Assembly (NCBI GenBank): GCA_015233115.1
Contig: JADFYJ010000003.1
Span: 40,536 to 104,535 of the forward strand
Direction: 5' to 3'
Length of the DNA: 64,000 nt
From: Candidatus Omnitrophota bacterium
GTDB taxonomy: Bacteria > Omnitrophota > Gorgyraeia > Zapsychrales > Zapsychraceae
The position numbers and the translations under genes are program-made. The notes beneath the pieces are model-generated. The model was not told the origin of the DNA. It worked only from the letters and a program-made list of their open reading frames with translations, and did not search any database. Positions 47,335-58,700 of this stretch are shown here, one piece after another (positions within the stretch are counted from its first letter, which is position 1; every line of letters begins with the position of its first letter).

Positions 47335-49842
47335 TTGTCGAATATGTCATACAATACCAATGAAATTCAAAGAATAGAAACCAAGTGGCAGAAGATTTGG
47401 GATGAGAAAAAGATATTTAAATCCGGAGTAGATAATGGCCGGGAAAAATATTATGTCTTAGAAATGTTCCCTTATCCGTCGGGGAAAATACATATGGGCC
47501 ATGTGCGGAATTATACGATTGCGGATGTCATTGCGCGGTTTCGCATGATGCAGGGATTGAATGTACTGCATCCGATGGGCTATGACGCTTTTGGCCAGCC
47601 GGCTGAAAATGCGGCCATCAAACGCGGGGTTGATCCGGCTGAATGGACTTATGGCTGTATTGATGAAATGACGCATGAATTAAAACGCATGGGTTTTTCC
47701 TATGATTGGGATCGGAGTTTGTCGACTTGCGACGCGGAATATTACAAATGGAATCAATGGATATTCTTGAAGATGTTCGAGCGTGGTTTGGCGTATAAAA
47801 AAGAGTCGCCGGTGAATTGGTGCCCGAGCTGTGACACGACGCTGGCGAATGAAGAAGTTATAAATGGCGCGTGCTGGCGATGCAAAAGTGAAGTGCAACA
47901 AAAAAATTTAAGCCAATGGTATTTGAAGATTACGGATTACAGCGAGCGGTTGCTCAAAGATTTAGATTTATTGACGCAATGGCCGGAACGCGTCGTGACT
48001 ATGCAGAAAAACTGGATCGGCAAAAGTTTTGGCGTAGAAATATTCTTTAGAATAGGGGACAGCGCCCTATTTCAAGAAGGAAATAGGGCGCTGTCCCCTA
48101 TTCTTAAAGTTTTTACCACCAGGCCGGATACGATTTTCGGCGCAACGTATGTGGTTTTAGCTCCTGAACATCCTTTGGTTGATGCGATCACAACGCCGGC
48201 GAACAAAGCGTCTGTAGAGGCTTTTAAAAAAGAAGTGGCGGGTGTCAGTAAAAGCGAACGGGTATCTGGCGATTTAGAGAAAAAAGGAATTTTTACCGGT
48301 AGTTATGTGGTCAATCCGGTGAATCAGGAATTGATACCGGTATGGATCGCGGATTATGTATTAATGGATTACGGTACCGGCGCGATCATGGCTGTTCCGA
48401 CGCATGATCAACGTGATTTCGAATTTGCTAAAAAACATCAGTTGCCGATGAAAATTGTTATTCAAGATCCGGCGTGGCCTGATTTAAAAGTTGAACAAAT
48501 GGATGCTGCTTATGTAGAGCAAGGGAATTTGACAGGCTCTGCCCAATTTGACGGTATGAATAATCAGGACGCAATGCAGGCGATTGGCGAATGGATGGAG
48601 AAATCCAATATTGGCAAAACCACGGTGCATTGGCGCTTGCGTGATTGGCTGATTTCCCGCCAGCGGTATTGGGGCACGCCAATCCCGATGATTTATTGTG
48701 ATACCTGCGGGGTAGTTCCGGTGCCGGAAAATCAATTGCCGGTTGAACTGCCGAAAAAAATTCAGATTACCGGACAGGGCGGAAGTCCATTAGCGTATTG
48801 CCAGGATTTTGTTAATGTGAAATGCCCGAAATGCGGTAAGCCTGCCCGCCGGGAAACCGATACCATGGCCACCTTTTTTGATTCGTCGTGGTATTATTTA
48901 CGTTTTTGTTCAGCGCGGAATTCGTCTCAGGTTTTTGATAAGCAGGAAGCCAAGTATTGGATGCCGGTTGACCAATACATCGGCGGGATTGAACACGCGA
49001 TCCTGCATTTATTGTATTCCCGTTTCTTCACGAAATTTTTTAAAGATTTGGGATTGGTTGATTTTGATGAACCGTTTGTGCGTCTCTTGACCCAGGGTAT
49101 GGTGTTAAAAGACGGGGAAGTCATGTCTAAGTCCCGCGGCAACACGGTTGACCCGGATACAATTTTAGTGAAATACGGCGCTGATCCTTTGCGCGTATGT
49201 ATTTTGTTTGCCGCGCCTCCGGAAGATCAGCTGGAGTGGAGCGACGGCGCAGTGGACGGTTCGTGGAAATTTTTAAATCGTTTGGATCGATTGGCTGATG
49301 AACGATTCAAAGGGGTAAAGGTGGGTTATGATTTTAAAACTTTATCCGGCGCGGCTCAGGAATTAGAGCGCGAGCGCAACGCGACCATTAAAAAAGTGAC
49401 TGGTGATTTGGAAACGTATAAATTTAATACGGCAGTCAGCGCCATGATGATCATGTTAAATTCGATCGAGAAATTTGTGCCGCAAAATGAAATCGATCAA
49501 GCGGTATTCGACCAGACTTTGCGCTCCTTCGTATTGATGTTGGCGCCGTATGCCCCGCATTTGTGCGAAGAGCTTTGGCAGAAAATGGGATCAGATGTGA
49601 CGAGTGTCAGCCAAGTCAAATGGCCGCAATATGATGAGGCTTCATTACAGCGTGCCGTGGTTGAAGTCGTTGTGCAGATCAACGGAAAACTGCGTTCCAA
49701 ACTGGAAGTCCCTGTTGAGCTCAACGAAGCCCAAGTCCGCGAATTAGCTTTAAAAGATGAAAAAATTCAAAAGTGGGTTGAAGACAAGCCGGTGCGGAAA
49801 TTTATTTATGTGCAGGGAAGATTGATTAATATAGTCGTATAA
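47335..49842 (+). CDS. leuS: Leucine--tRNA ligase carrying an in-frame palindromic-repeat insertion
   Basis: HMGH and KMSKS (VMSKSRGN) motifs. 835 aa. Confidence 0.95.
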   Translation: MSNMSYNTNEIQRIETKWQKIWDEKKIFKSGVDNGREKYYVLEMFPYPSGKIHMGHVRNYTIADVIARFRMMQGLNVLHPMGYDAFGQPAENAAIKRGVDPAEWTYGCIDEMTHELKRMGFSYDWDRSLSTCDAEYYKWNQWIFLKMFERGLAYKKESPVNWCPSCDTTLANEEVINGACWRCKSEVQQKNLSQWYLKITDYSERLLKDLDLLTQWPERVVTMQKNWIGKSFGVEIFFRIGDSALFQEGNRALSPILKVFTTRPDTIFGATYVVLAPEHPLVDAITTPANKASVEAFKKEVAGVSKSERVSGDLEKKGIFTGSYVVNPVNQELIPVWIADYVLMDYGTGAIMAVPTHDQRDFEFAKKHQLPMKIVIQDPAWPDLKVEQMDAAYVEQGNLTGSAQFDGMNNQDAMQAIGEWMEKSNIGKTTVHWRLRDWLISRQRYWGTPIPMIYCDTCGVVPVPENQLPVELPKKIQITGQGGSPLAYCQDFVNVKCPKCGKPARRETDTMATFFDSSWYYLRFCSARNSSQVFDKQEAKYWMPVDQYIGGIEHAILHLLYSRFFTKFFKDLGLVDFDEPFVRLLTQGMVLKDGEVMSKSRGNTVDPDTILVKYGADPLRVCILFAAPPEDQLEWSDGAVDGSWKFLNRLDRLADERFKGVKVGYDFKTLSGAAQELERERNATIKKVTGDLETYKFNTAVSAMMIMLNSIEKFVPQNEIDQAVFDQTLRSFVLMLAPYAPHLCEELWQKMGSDVTSVSQVKWPQYDEASLQRAVVEVVVQINGKLRSKLEVPVELNEAQVRELALKDEKIQKWVEDKPVRKFIYVQGRLINIVV
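48051..48102. repeat. Palindromic repeat element copy B inside the leuS coding sequence (same 22-bp arms as copy A, 8-bp spacer)
   Basis: Encodes RIGDSALFQEGNRALSPIL between GVEIFF and KVFTTRPDT, i.e. ahead of the CP1 editing domain. Confidence 0.75.
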
Positions 49843-49852
49843 ACCGTTGGAC

Positions 49853-49899
49853 CACCGCGTCGGTGATCCAAAGGTCACCGACGCGGTGATTTTGTTTGG
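49853..49899 (+). terminator. Rho-independent terminator of leuS built from a CACCGCGTCGGTGA palindrome
   Basis: Perfect 14-bp stem with 8-nt loop, then ATTTTGTTTGG. Confidence 0.7.
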
Positions 49900-49970
49900 C
49901 TTTGACATTTAGATTTTTTTTCATATAATGAAACTATCTCGCAGTTCCTGATCAACCCCCGCAAAAAATA

Positions 49971-50106
49971 GTAACATAGTAACCGAGTGACAGAGTAACA
50001 GAGTAAAAGCAAAAAAACAAAAAGAAAAAAACCTGTGTTTTTTGTTCTAATGTTTTTATGCCAATAGTTTTTTCTCTGTTACTCTGTCACTCGGTTACTC
50101 GGTTAC
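49971..50106. repeat. Second inverted array of GTAACNGA octamers (left arm GTAACATA GTAACCGA GTGACAGA GTAACAGA, mirrored right arm) upstream of comEA
   Basis: A ~135-bp imperfect palindrome with a ~65-bp A/T-rich centre. Confidence 0.65.
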
Positions 50107-50125
50107 TTTCGAAACGGGCAAGCAT

Positions 50126-50464
50126 ATGTTTTTTCTTAATAAGCAGGAATCAGTCACGCTGATTGTGGTTTGCGGCGTGATTATCGGGGGTTCTGTTCTG
50201 CAGTTTGTTTCCACGCATTTCCCTTATCAATGGCGGCAGTTGGATTTTATTTCCGGGAATAAATGTTTTATTAAGGTTAATGTCAATCAGGCGACACCGG
50301 AAGAATTGGATAAGGTTCCGAATTTAGGATTGAGTACGGCTGGTCGTATTGTTTCTTACCGCAATGAACATGGCCCTTTTAAGTCCATCGAAGAAATTAA
50401 AGACATTCCGGACATCCGCAGTAAAAATTTTGAAGAATTTCAGCCTTACCTGGAGGTCAAATGA
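50126..50464 (+). CDS. comEA: ComEA-like DNA-binding helix-hairpin-helix protein
   Basis: VNVNQATPEELDKVPNLGLSTAGRIVSYR. Confidence 0.8.
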   Translation: MFFLNKQESVTLIVVCGVIIGGSVLQFVSTHFPYQWRQLDFISGNKCFIKVNVNQATPEELDKVPNLGLSTAGRIVSYRNEHGPFKSIEEIKDIPDIRSKNFEEFQPYLEVK

Positions 50465-52035
50465 AAGCGGTTTATACTCACCGTCCTTTTGTGGCTATCG
50501 CTATTAGTTTTTGTCTGGGAATTGCGGCAGGATATAAGCTGCCGGTTCCGGCTTGGATTTGGTGCGTGTCCGCTCTCAGTATGCTTTTGGTGTGCTGGCG
50601 GGTTTATTTAAAATTTCCTCCATTTCTAATTTTTTTATTAATTGGTTTTTCAGGTGCTGTTTATACCAATATTTATCAGGCTGCTATCCGCGATGATTTT
50701 GCGCGTCAAAAATTGTTAAACGCCCAGCAAGTTTATATCGAGGGTGTGGTTGCTGCAGACCCGATTTTTCGTGCCATGCGATATACAGAGAAAACAGTTT
50801 TTACGGTAGAGCTTAATCGGGCCAGGATTGTTGATAAAAATCCGCCGGAAAAATTTATTCCCATGCAAGGTAAAGTTTTGGTCAATGTGTTCCGGAAAGA
50901 AGAGGTGATTTACGGCGAGAAGTTGGGTTTAAAGGGAAAATTTAGCCGGCCGATGGAATTCGGGAAGAAAGGGCAATTTTCTTACCGGGATTATTTGGCG
51001 CGGGCCGGCATTGGTTACACATTAAATGTAAAAAAAGCTGAACCTTTAAAGCGTCTTGGGAAAGATCAGGGGCAATGGGTGGTGCGGCTGGCGTATGCTG
51101 TGCGCAAACATTTCCGCCGGATTTTTGATAATAATTTTTCGCCGGATGAATCTGGCTTAGTCAGGGCGCTCATGTTAGGCGACAGAACAGGTGTTCCGTT
51201 TTTCATATCCGACATCTTCATGAAAACTGGCACCACGCACATTTTAGCGATCAGCGGTTTTAACATCGCGATTTTGGCTGTGATGGTTTTGGTGTTTTTA
51301 AAATTTTTTCCGTTTCACCGCAACATCATTATGTCGCTCGCTGTTATTTTTTTAATTTTTAATATGATCATGACGGACATGTCCGCGTCTGTGGTCAGGG
51401 CGACCATAATGGCGTCGGTCGTTTTGATCGCGTTCATGGTTGAGCGGCCCAAGGATCATTTTAATATATTAGGCGTGGCCGCGTTTGTGGTTTTGATATT
51501 TGATCCGTTATATTTGTTTGACATCGGGTTTCAGCTGTCGTTTGTTTGCGTGTTGTCCTTGATCGTGCTCCAACCCAAAGTAAAGGCAGCGGCAGAAAAA
51601 TTGTTAGGAACACCAAAAAATAAAGTGGTTTCATGGTTGTCCGAGTCATTGCTGGTATCTTTAGCCGTTTGGATCGGCGTGATGCCGCTCATTATTTATT
51701 ATTTTCATCTCATTTCTTTTGTCTCACTTTTGGCAAACCTGCTGATTCCCTTTCTAATGTCCCTCGCCATGTTCCTAGCTATGGGCGTAATGTTTTTTTC
51801 TTTTTTCTCGGTGTATGTCATGAAATGCTTTGTAATCGTCCTGAAATTATTATTAAATCTCACCATAGGCGCCACCTTTCTGTTTGCCGAGTGTCCGTAT
51901 GGCTACGTTCAAACCAAAGAGCAAAATGGATGGTTTATTCTGGGTTACTACCTAATGTTAGGGGTCATTTTATATAAAATAAAAGAGACTGAAAAAATTC
52001 AACTTGTAAATAGTACCAAAAATGGTACACTTTAA
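50461..52035 (+). CDS. comEC: ComEC/Rec2-family membrane channel (DUF4131 plus competence domain, no metallo-beta-lactamase domain)
   Basis: Polytopic. Overlaps comEA by 4 nt. Confidence 0.7.
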   Translation: MKAVYTHRPFVAIAISFCLGIAAGYKLPVPAWIWCVSALSMLLVCWRVYLKFPPFLIFLLIGFSGAVYTNIYQAAIRDDFARQKLLNAQQVYIEGVVAADPIFRAMRYTEKTVFTVELNRARIVDKNPPEKFIPMQGKVLVNVFRKEEVIYGEKLGLKGKFSRPMEFGKKGQFSYRDYLARAGIGYTLNVKKAEPLKRLGKDQGQWVVRLAYAVRKHFRRIFDNNFSPDESGLVRALMLGDRTGVPFFISDIFMKTGTTHILAISGFNIAILAVMVLVFLKFFPFHRNIIMSLAVIFLIFNMIMTDMSASVVRATIMASVVLIAFMVERPKDHFNILGVAAFVVLIFDPLYLFDIGFQLSFVCVLSLIVLQPKVKAAAEKLLGTPKNKVVSWLSESLLVSLAVWIGVMPLIIYYFHLISFVSLLANLLIPFLMSLAMFLAMGVMFFSFFSVYVMKCFVIVLKLLLNLTIGATFLFAECPYGYVQTKEQNGWFILGYYLMLGVILYKIKETEKIQLVNSTKNGTL

Positions 52036-52047
52036 AGGAGGAAAAAT

Positions 52048-52386
52048 TTGGGGCCGATAAAAGTTGTTTTTTACGCAACGTGGACAGGCCGTGAACCTGT
52101 CAGGGAATGGTTGCAGTCATTACAAAAGGACGAAAAGAAACAAATTGGAGAAGATATTAAGACTATTCAATTCGGTTGGCCCATTGGAATGCCTGTGGTT
52201 GAGAAATTGGATCGTGATCTTTGGGAAGTTAGAACTGTAATGCGAAATAAAATTGCGAGAGTTTTATTTACAATCTATGAGAATCAAATTGTTTTGTTGC
52301 ACGGTTTTATTAAGAAGAACCGAAAAATTTCTGTTGAAGATTTGGCTTTGGCGCAACAACGATTAGGAGAAATCAAGAGAGGATAA
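52048..52386 (+). CDS. HigB/Gp49-like RelE-superfamily toxin
   Basis: TTG start with SD AAAGGAGG. Followed by an HTH partner. Confidence 0.55.
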   Translation: MGPIKVVFYATWTGREPVREWLQSLQKDEKKQIGEDIKTIQFGWPIGMPVVEKLDRDLWEVRTVMRNKIARVLFTIYENQIVLLHGFIKKNRKISVEDLALAQQRLGEIKRG

Positions 52387-52390
52387 AAAC

Positions 52391-52675
52391 ATGAAAAATA
52401 AACATGTTGGAAGTAATTTTGATGATTTTTTAAAGCAGGAAGGCATCCTGGAAGAAACAACAGCGGCTGCAACGAAAAGAGTTATTGCTTATCGCGTGCG
52501 GCAAATTATGAAAAAGAAACATCTTACTAAAAGAGCTATGACTGAACGCATGGGAATTAAGAGCCGAATCCAGCTGGACCGGTTGTTGGATCCCTCCAAT
52601 GCGTCTGTTACGTTGTTGACTTTGGATAAGGCCGCGCAAGCTCTGGGAAAGAGGCTTCGAATTCAGTTTGTTTAA
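52391..52675 (+). CDS. HigA-like XRE HTH antitoxin
   Basis: LTKRAMTERMGIKSRIQLDRLLD. Confidence 0.55.
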   Translation: MKNKHVGSNFDDFLKQEGILEETTAAATKRVIAYRVRQIMKKKHLTKRAMTERMGIKSRIQLDRLLDPSNASVTLLTLDKAAQALGKRLRIQFV

Positions 52676-52791
52676 TAAGGCTCATCACTCTCAGCCTGCT
52701 TAAATCCTCCCCAAGTGGCAAATTAAAGAAATATAGTATATATTTAAACATATTCAAAAGACACCTCCATATAATTTTTAACAGGTTTATT

Positions 52792-55700
52792 ATGAAATCG
52801 CGCGAAGCAAATATAGGGCGCAAGATTATTGCGTCATTTTTAATTTTTACATTCATGATTTCCAATGGAAGTGTGCCAGTCCGCTATGCCAACGCGCAAG
52901 AATCATTTACTTCGGGTGTAGGATTAAGTGCCGCATTTACACCGTCGCTTCTTAAAGGCGTAAAAATATACGCAGACAATCCATTTCGGTTAGATTTCAT
53001 CTTGGATAAGGGCGGCACAAGCTCACAACGTGACATGAAAATCGAGTCGGAAAGGCTAATCAAATATTTTCTCGCCGCAGTAACTGTCCCTGAAAAAGAT
53101 TTGTGGGTTAACTTGTCGCCTTATGAAAAAAACCGCATTATTCCTGATGCCTTTGGCGTAACACAAATGGGCCGCGATCTTTTGGCTCAGGATTACATCC
53201 TTAAACAAATCACCGCATCTTTAACTAATCCTGAAGGAGAAATCGGACGGGAGTTTTGGAATAAGATTTATTCATCACTATCTCGTGATCCCTGCCTTCG
53301 CGGGGATGACAACTCTTTTAACATTCCAACCGACATCTTAAGTAAAGTCTGGATCGTGCCCGAAAAAGCAGTTGTTTATGAAGCCAAAGATTCCGCCTAT
53401 GTCGTCGAAAGTAAATTGAAAGTAATGACGGACCAAGATTATGCTTTATCGGTCGGGACAGGTCCCCTTCCTGTCCGGATGGAAGAATCTACCCAACAAG
53501 TCATTCGTGAGGTGATCATCCCTCTTTTGGAAAAAGAAGTCAACACTGGCAAAAATTTCGCCCAGCTCCGGCAGGTTTATAATTCGCTTATTCTGGCCAT
53601 GTGGTTTAAAGATAAAATCAAGGAAAGCATATTCGGCAAAGCCTATGTCGATCAAAACAAAACCGGCGGCATTGATATCGCGGACAAAAACGAAAAAGAA
53701 AAAATCTGGGCCAAGTATGTCGAGACATTTAAAAAAGGCGCGTATAATTACATCAAAGAAGAATACGACCCTAATATCCAACAGATAATCCCCAGAAAAT
53801 ATTTCTCCGGCGGATTTACCGCTTTAGGGCTTCAGCATAATCTGATCAGGACGCATGATAGGGCGATGCTTCAGCCAGCAGTTTTGGACAATGCCATGAT
53901 TGTTAAAACAAATTTTACCGCTACGAATCAAAATACAGATAAGGTTGCCATGATAATGTTGGATCGCGGATTGGAATTGACGGTCTTTCGCCGGCCTGAA
54001 CCGGCCATGGTAAATAATTTTTCCTGGGAGGATATTTATTCCGGAGGCCGACTGGCTTTTGGTGATAAGGAAGATGTTGATGCCCGGGTTAAGCAAATTT
54101 TATCTTCTGTCATGTGGAAAGAATTAGAAAACGCCTTGCCTTACGTGGATCAATTTGTTGACCGTATCTTTGCGGAGTATCCGGATTATACGATTATTGT
54201 CGCTGGCCGTGATGGTGAAATTTTTTATGACGCTTTATCGTGGAAGAAACTGCCTGCCACAAAAGTACGATTGATACACAGCGGCCATTTTCTTTTATCA
54301 GATCTGATTCATAAACAAGAGGCGGCGGCAGAAAAAGGCCTCATTGATCCGGTGGTAAAGAAATTTTTGGAAGACGCGGGATTAACTCCCCAGGCTATTA
54401 AAAATAAAGAAAAATTTTTATTTGTAGATACGGGTTTCCGCGGATCAGCCGGACAAATTCTTAAGGAAATTTTTTGGTCTGTATTTCCTCATGCCGAAGG
54501 CTTGCGTTTCGAATCTGTTTTAATGGCAGGCTGGGATCCAAAACTCACGTACTTGCGGCCCATTTATGCCGAGCCGTTGATTTTTTTTGACGTACCGAAA
54601 GATAAACTAGTACATGATTTTAGCAGATCATACGCGTTGATTCCCCAAGAATATAAAAATAAAACGACGCCGTACACAACAAATTTTACTTTGGGCACGG
54701 TGCTCCAGCTTCTTCCGCGGTATCATGGACATTCTCTCAGTGCTATTTTGTCCCACGATGGAAGACTTGAGATCAAGTTTACGGAAGTCCCGGTTAATTG
54801 GGACATGGACACGATTGATTATAGAGGTTTTGACAGCGATATAGTTAATCCGCTCGCCGCGCTCATGGTACAAAAAAGAACTCTTGAATATTTTGCGGCT
54901 AAGCAACGGACTGTTTTAGGCCCTGACCGCGCGATGATGCGCGATTATGAAAAAGATGATTCAGTCGCTTTCGCGCTCAAGTCGCGTAAAATAAGTCATT
55001 CTTTAGAGGCGGCAGATGAGAATAATCCATATTCTAATATGTTTGAAATTAAATCATCCGGGTTTGTGAGTCATAGCCAAATCCATTCGTATCTTGGAGA
55101 AGATTTCGACCGGATTGTCGCGGAAAATTATTCAAAATATATTCCACAAGGCGGGCGGGTTCTGGACTTGATGAGCGGGTACCATACTCACATTGGGGAA
55201 AATCTAAATCTTAATCAAGCCGCTGGGGTTGGATTAAACGCGTATGAAATGTATGCTAATCCAAAACTGACATCTTTCAATCTTCAGGACCTTAATACAA
55301 ATCCGAAGTTTCCCTCAGATTGGAATGAACATTTTGACGCGGTTATTATGACGAGCGGAATAGCTTATCTTACTAGTCCGCAAGATGTTTTTAGATCTGC
55401 CGCCAAAACTCTAAAGCCCGGCGGAGTTTTTATGCTGGCTTTTGACCGGCATTTTTTAGTGCCTGAAGCTATGCCTCTATGGGAAACTTTTTCCAACGAG
55501 GAGCGTTTGGCTTTTGTCTTGAAAAAGCTTGAACTGGCTGGAGGTTTTAAAATTACGGAGCATAAAATTTATCCTCAAGACGGAATAACTATTATCGTTT
55601 GCCGTAAGTCTGCTATCTCCGGCCAAGAATCTGAGACACAAACACTTCCGTTGAAAGAATCTTTTCAGAGGACACAGCTCAGGACTCAGGATATGGATCC

Positions 55701-58700
55701 CATCTTTGTAGAAGCTGAACGGTTTAGCGGGGGCCCAAAAATGAAAGTTAAAATGCCGGCCGCGGTTTATCAGCGGATAGAGACCCGGGACAAGGGAGCT
55801 TTTTTTATCAAAGGGCTTGAGTCGTTGATTGGCGAGTGTTTTTACGAAATCAATCGAAAGACCAGGGCTTTGGAAATTAAGCAAATTTCACCGGAAAGAG
55901 TTAGTTTTCATGGATGGCAATATTTTAGTATGTTGCTCCATATCTTAAGAACAGCGGTCACGATAAGTCTCAAAGAGGAGGACACGAAGGGCGCCGTGAC
56001 AGTCCGGCTCACGAATCTCAATAATAATAAACAAGTTGGAGAACTGGCTTTGCGTTTAAACGGAATTTTGAATGTGAGGCTTTTCAATACCAACGTTCAA
56101 GAATGGAGCATCAGCGCTGAAAGAACGAGAGAGTTTCTTGACGCAACAAAAAAAATTTTAGACGAACAATTCAAGACTTTGCCTGATTTTGCGGCTGACC
56201 GCGCGATGATACAGGCTTCTATGATAAAAGACGGAAATAAATTTCAATCTTTTCAACTTGCGCCCCGGACTGCGCTTTACCCCGGCGGGTTGGATTTTAG
56301 AATTTTTGATTTGTTCCCGAATCTTGAGGTTGCGCATTTTGTCAATAACCGGCCTTTTCGAGTTGAATTTTTAATGGAGAATTTGTTTTTTTACGACATA
56401 TCACCATATTCAAATTTTTTCGGTCATCTGGCATATAAACAAATGATGGTGAGATATCTCCAATCTTCAGCTGATTATTTTATTAGTGATGACCTTCAAG
56501 ATTCAATAATGTATGGCACATATCTTCAAATGCATTGGGACAAGATTCAAATAGGAATGGAACCTTTTGTTTTGGCGGAACTGGAAAAGCGTGAGGCGAA
56601 GAATATCCAGGTTAAACAAATTAATGAAGATGTTTGGACTGGAAAATTATTTCAAATTGAATTCGATGATAAGACTGGCCGTCATAGAACAGTTTATTAT
56701 CATGAAACCGACGCTTTTAAAGCGCCGGGCAATAAAATTTTATCTGATGGAATAGCCAATGGCGCGGATTTAGTTTTTTTAAAGGGATGGAATGTTGAAA
56801 AATATCCGTCGATGGTCGGGCAAATATTAAGACCCGGAACAATTATTGCTCAGGATAGAACGGAAAAGCGCGAAGACTATAAAGTGTTGGGCCGGCTGGG
56901 TGGGGTTGCTTCATATTGGGGGCAATTAGGCCATAATAATTATATGCGGGTTTACGAATATCAGCCTTTAGCGGGCGACTACATGATAAAGCGGAGTCCA
57001 GCAGATGCTGCGCCGATGAGTCATGACCAGGCAATGAACAGTCTCCTTGATAATGTTATTTTTATTAATAACTTAACGCAAGCGGGTTTGTCAGGATATC
57101 TGAAAACTTTCAGAGACGTCTCTCCTAATAAAGGCAGACAGCTTGCCGGAATGGGACGGGAAGTTTTGGGTACATTTTATTTTGGATCGCAAGGGACCGA
57201 AAAGCCAACGTTGATTTTAGCGTCGAGAACTAAAAATAGTGAGGGCATAAATTCACATAGAGAATTGGCCGGGTTAATTGGCCAGGATGAAAATGCCGGG
57301 GTGCCATTTATATGGCATTTTGACGATAAGAAAGATCCGAAAGAGCTCATTCTTTTCAGTAGTAAAGATAAAGATATTAGTGAACATGAAAAGCGCGGAC
57401 AAATTATTTTTTCCGCGAAGATTTTGTTAAAAATGATACAAGGGGTATACCCCCAAGCAGACGATTGTTATCTGATCAGATTGGCAGTCCAAGAGAATGT
57501 GCTGACAAAAGAGGATATGGAAAGCCTAAGCTTTTCTCAATATCCAGGAGGTCTTTATGACCTTCGGGCGATTGCGAATCTCCCAATGGAGCATGATCCG
57601 GTAATGAACATTTTCCCTCCTCGCGTGGCAGAGCGGGCCCAAGCCTTGCGCGATACTATTGCGCAAGTCCGCAAAGAACAGCCGGATTCAGCAATCCATT
57701 TTGAAAATACTGTTGATGAACACGGCGAACTGCCGGAAGAGGAATTGGTTGCAGACCCAAAACAAAAATTATTGAACGACGAGGAGTCAGAGAGATATGG
57801 CGACCGGGAGAATCGGATAGCTTATTGGGCGAATCAATATGACGTGAAAATTGAATTTCTTAAACTTGTTCGGGATTATCAATCAGGTCAGATTAAAAAT
57901 ATAAAAGATTTTGAAAGCAGGCTTCTAAAAATGCATCGAGTCCTACTTCTTGGATACGATGGACAATCTCTTTATGCTCCACAAACTTTTTTACATTTCC
58001 ATATCAAGTCTAGGATGGAATTAAAAAATGAAATAGATGCAATAGCAGGGAGGTTTTTTGATCGGCTGCCGGATAATAAGGTAAAAATTATTTATGAAGA
58101 TTTTCAAAGACTCATGAAATATTTTAATTCAGTAAATTTAACAATTGAATTGAATAGTTTCACGGCTGATTTAAGCCGGTTCTATTCAAATTTTTTAGGA
58201 GATTGGCAAACCACGGGTTATTTATTTGAGTATGGAAATAATTCATTGGTAATGAATATGTTTAATGGGTTTTTGCGTCTAGCTGATTTTAAAGGAATCT
58301 CCCATAATGAGTTTGATTCAGAAGCTTATGACTTAACGAGAGGTTTGCGGTATGCAAAAATTGCGGCAATTAGAATGGGGACTAAGGTAGAGCTCCAAGA
58401 GTCAGATATACCACCAGTGTATAAATCTTTTTTAACGGCCATAAAGGCAGCAAATGATCGCGACCGCGCGCAAACAAGTAACACCGGCGGTATTGATTTA
58501 ACCCGTGATAAAATGGGACTGCAGGTTCGGGGCACGGGAGACGGTGTTCAGTTTAAATTTGATGCTGCTATGATTCAAAAATTACAAAATGCTTCAGGCC
58601 TCACGCCCGTTATCATCGACATTCGACCTATGACTACGACTGTGCCGGTGTTTTTAGGTTTGAGTGAAGAAATTCCTGCCGCGAAATTAAGCATGAGATA

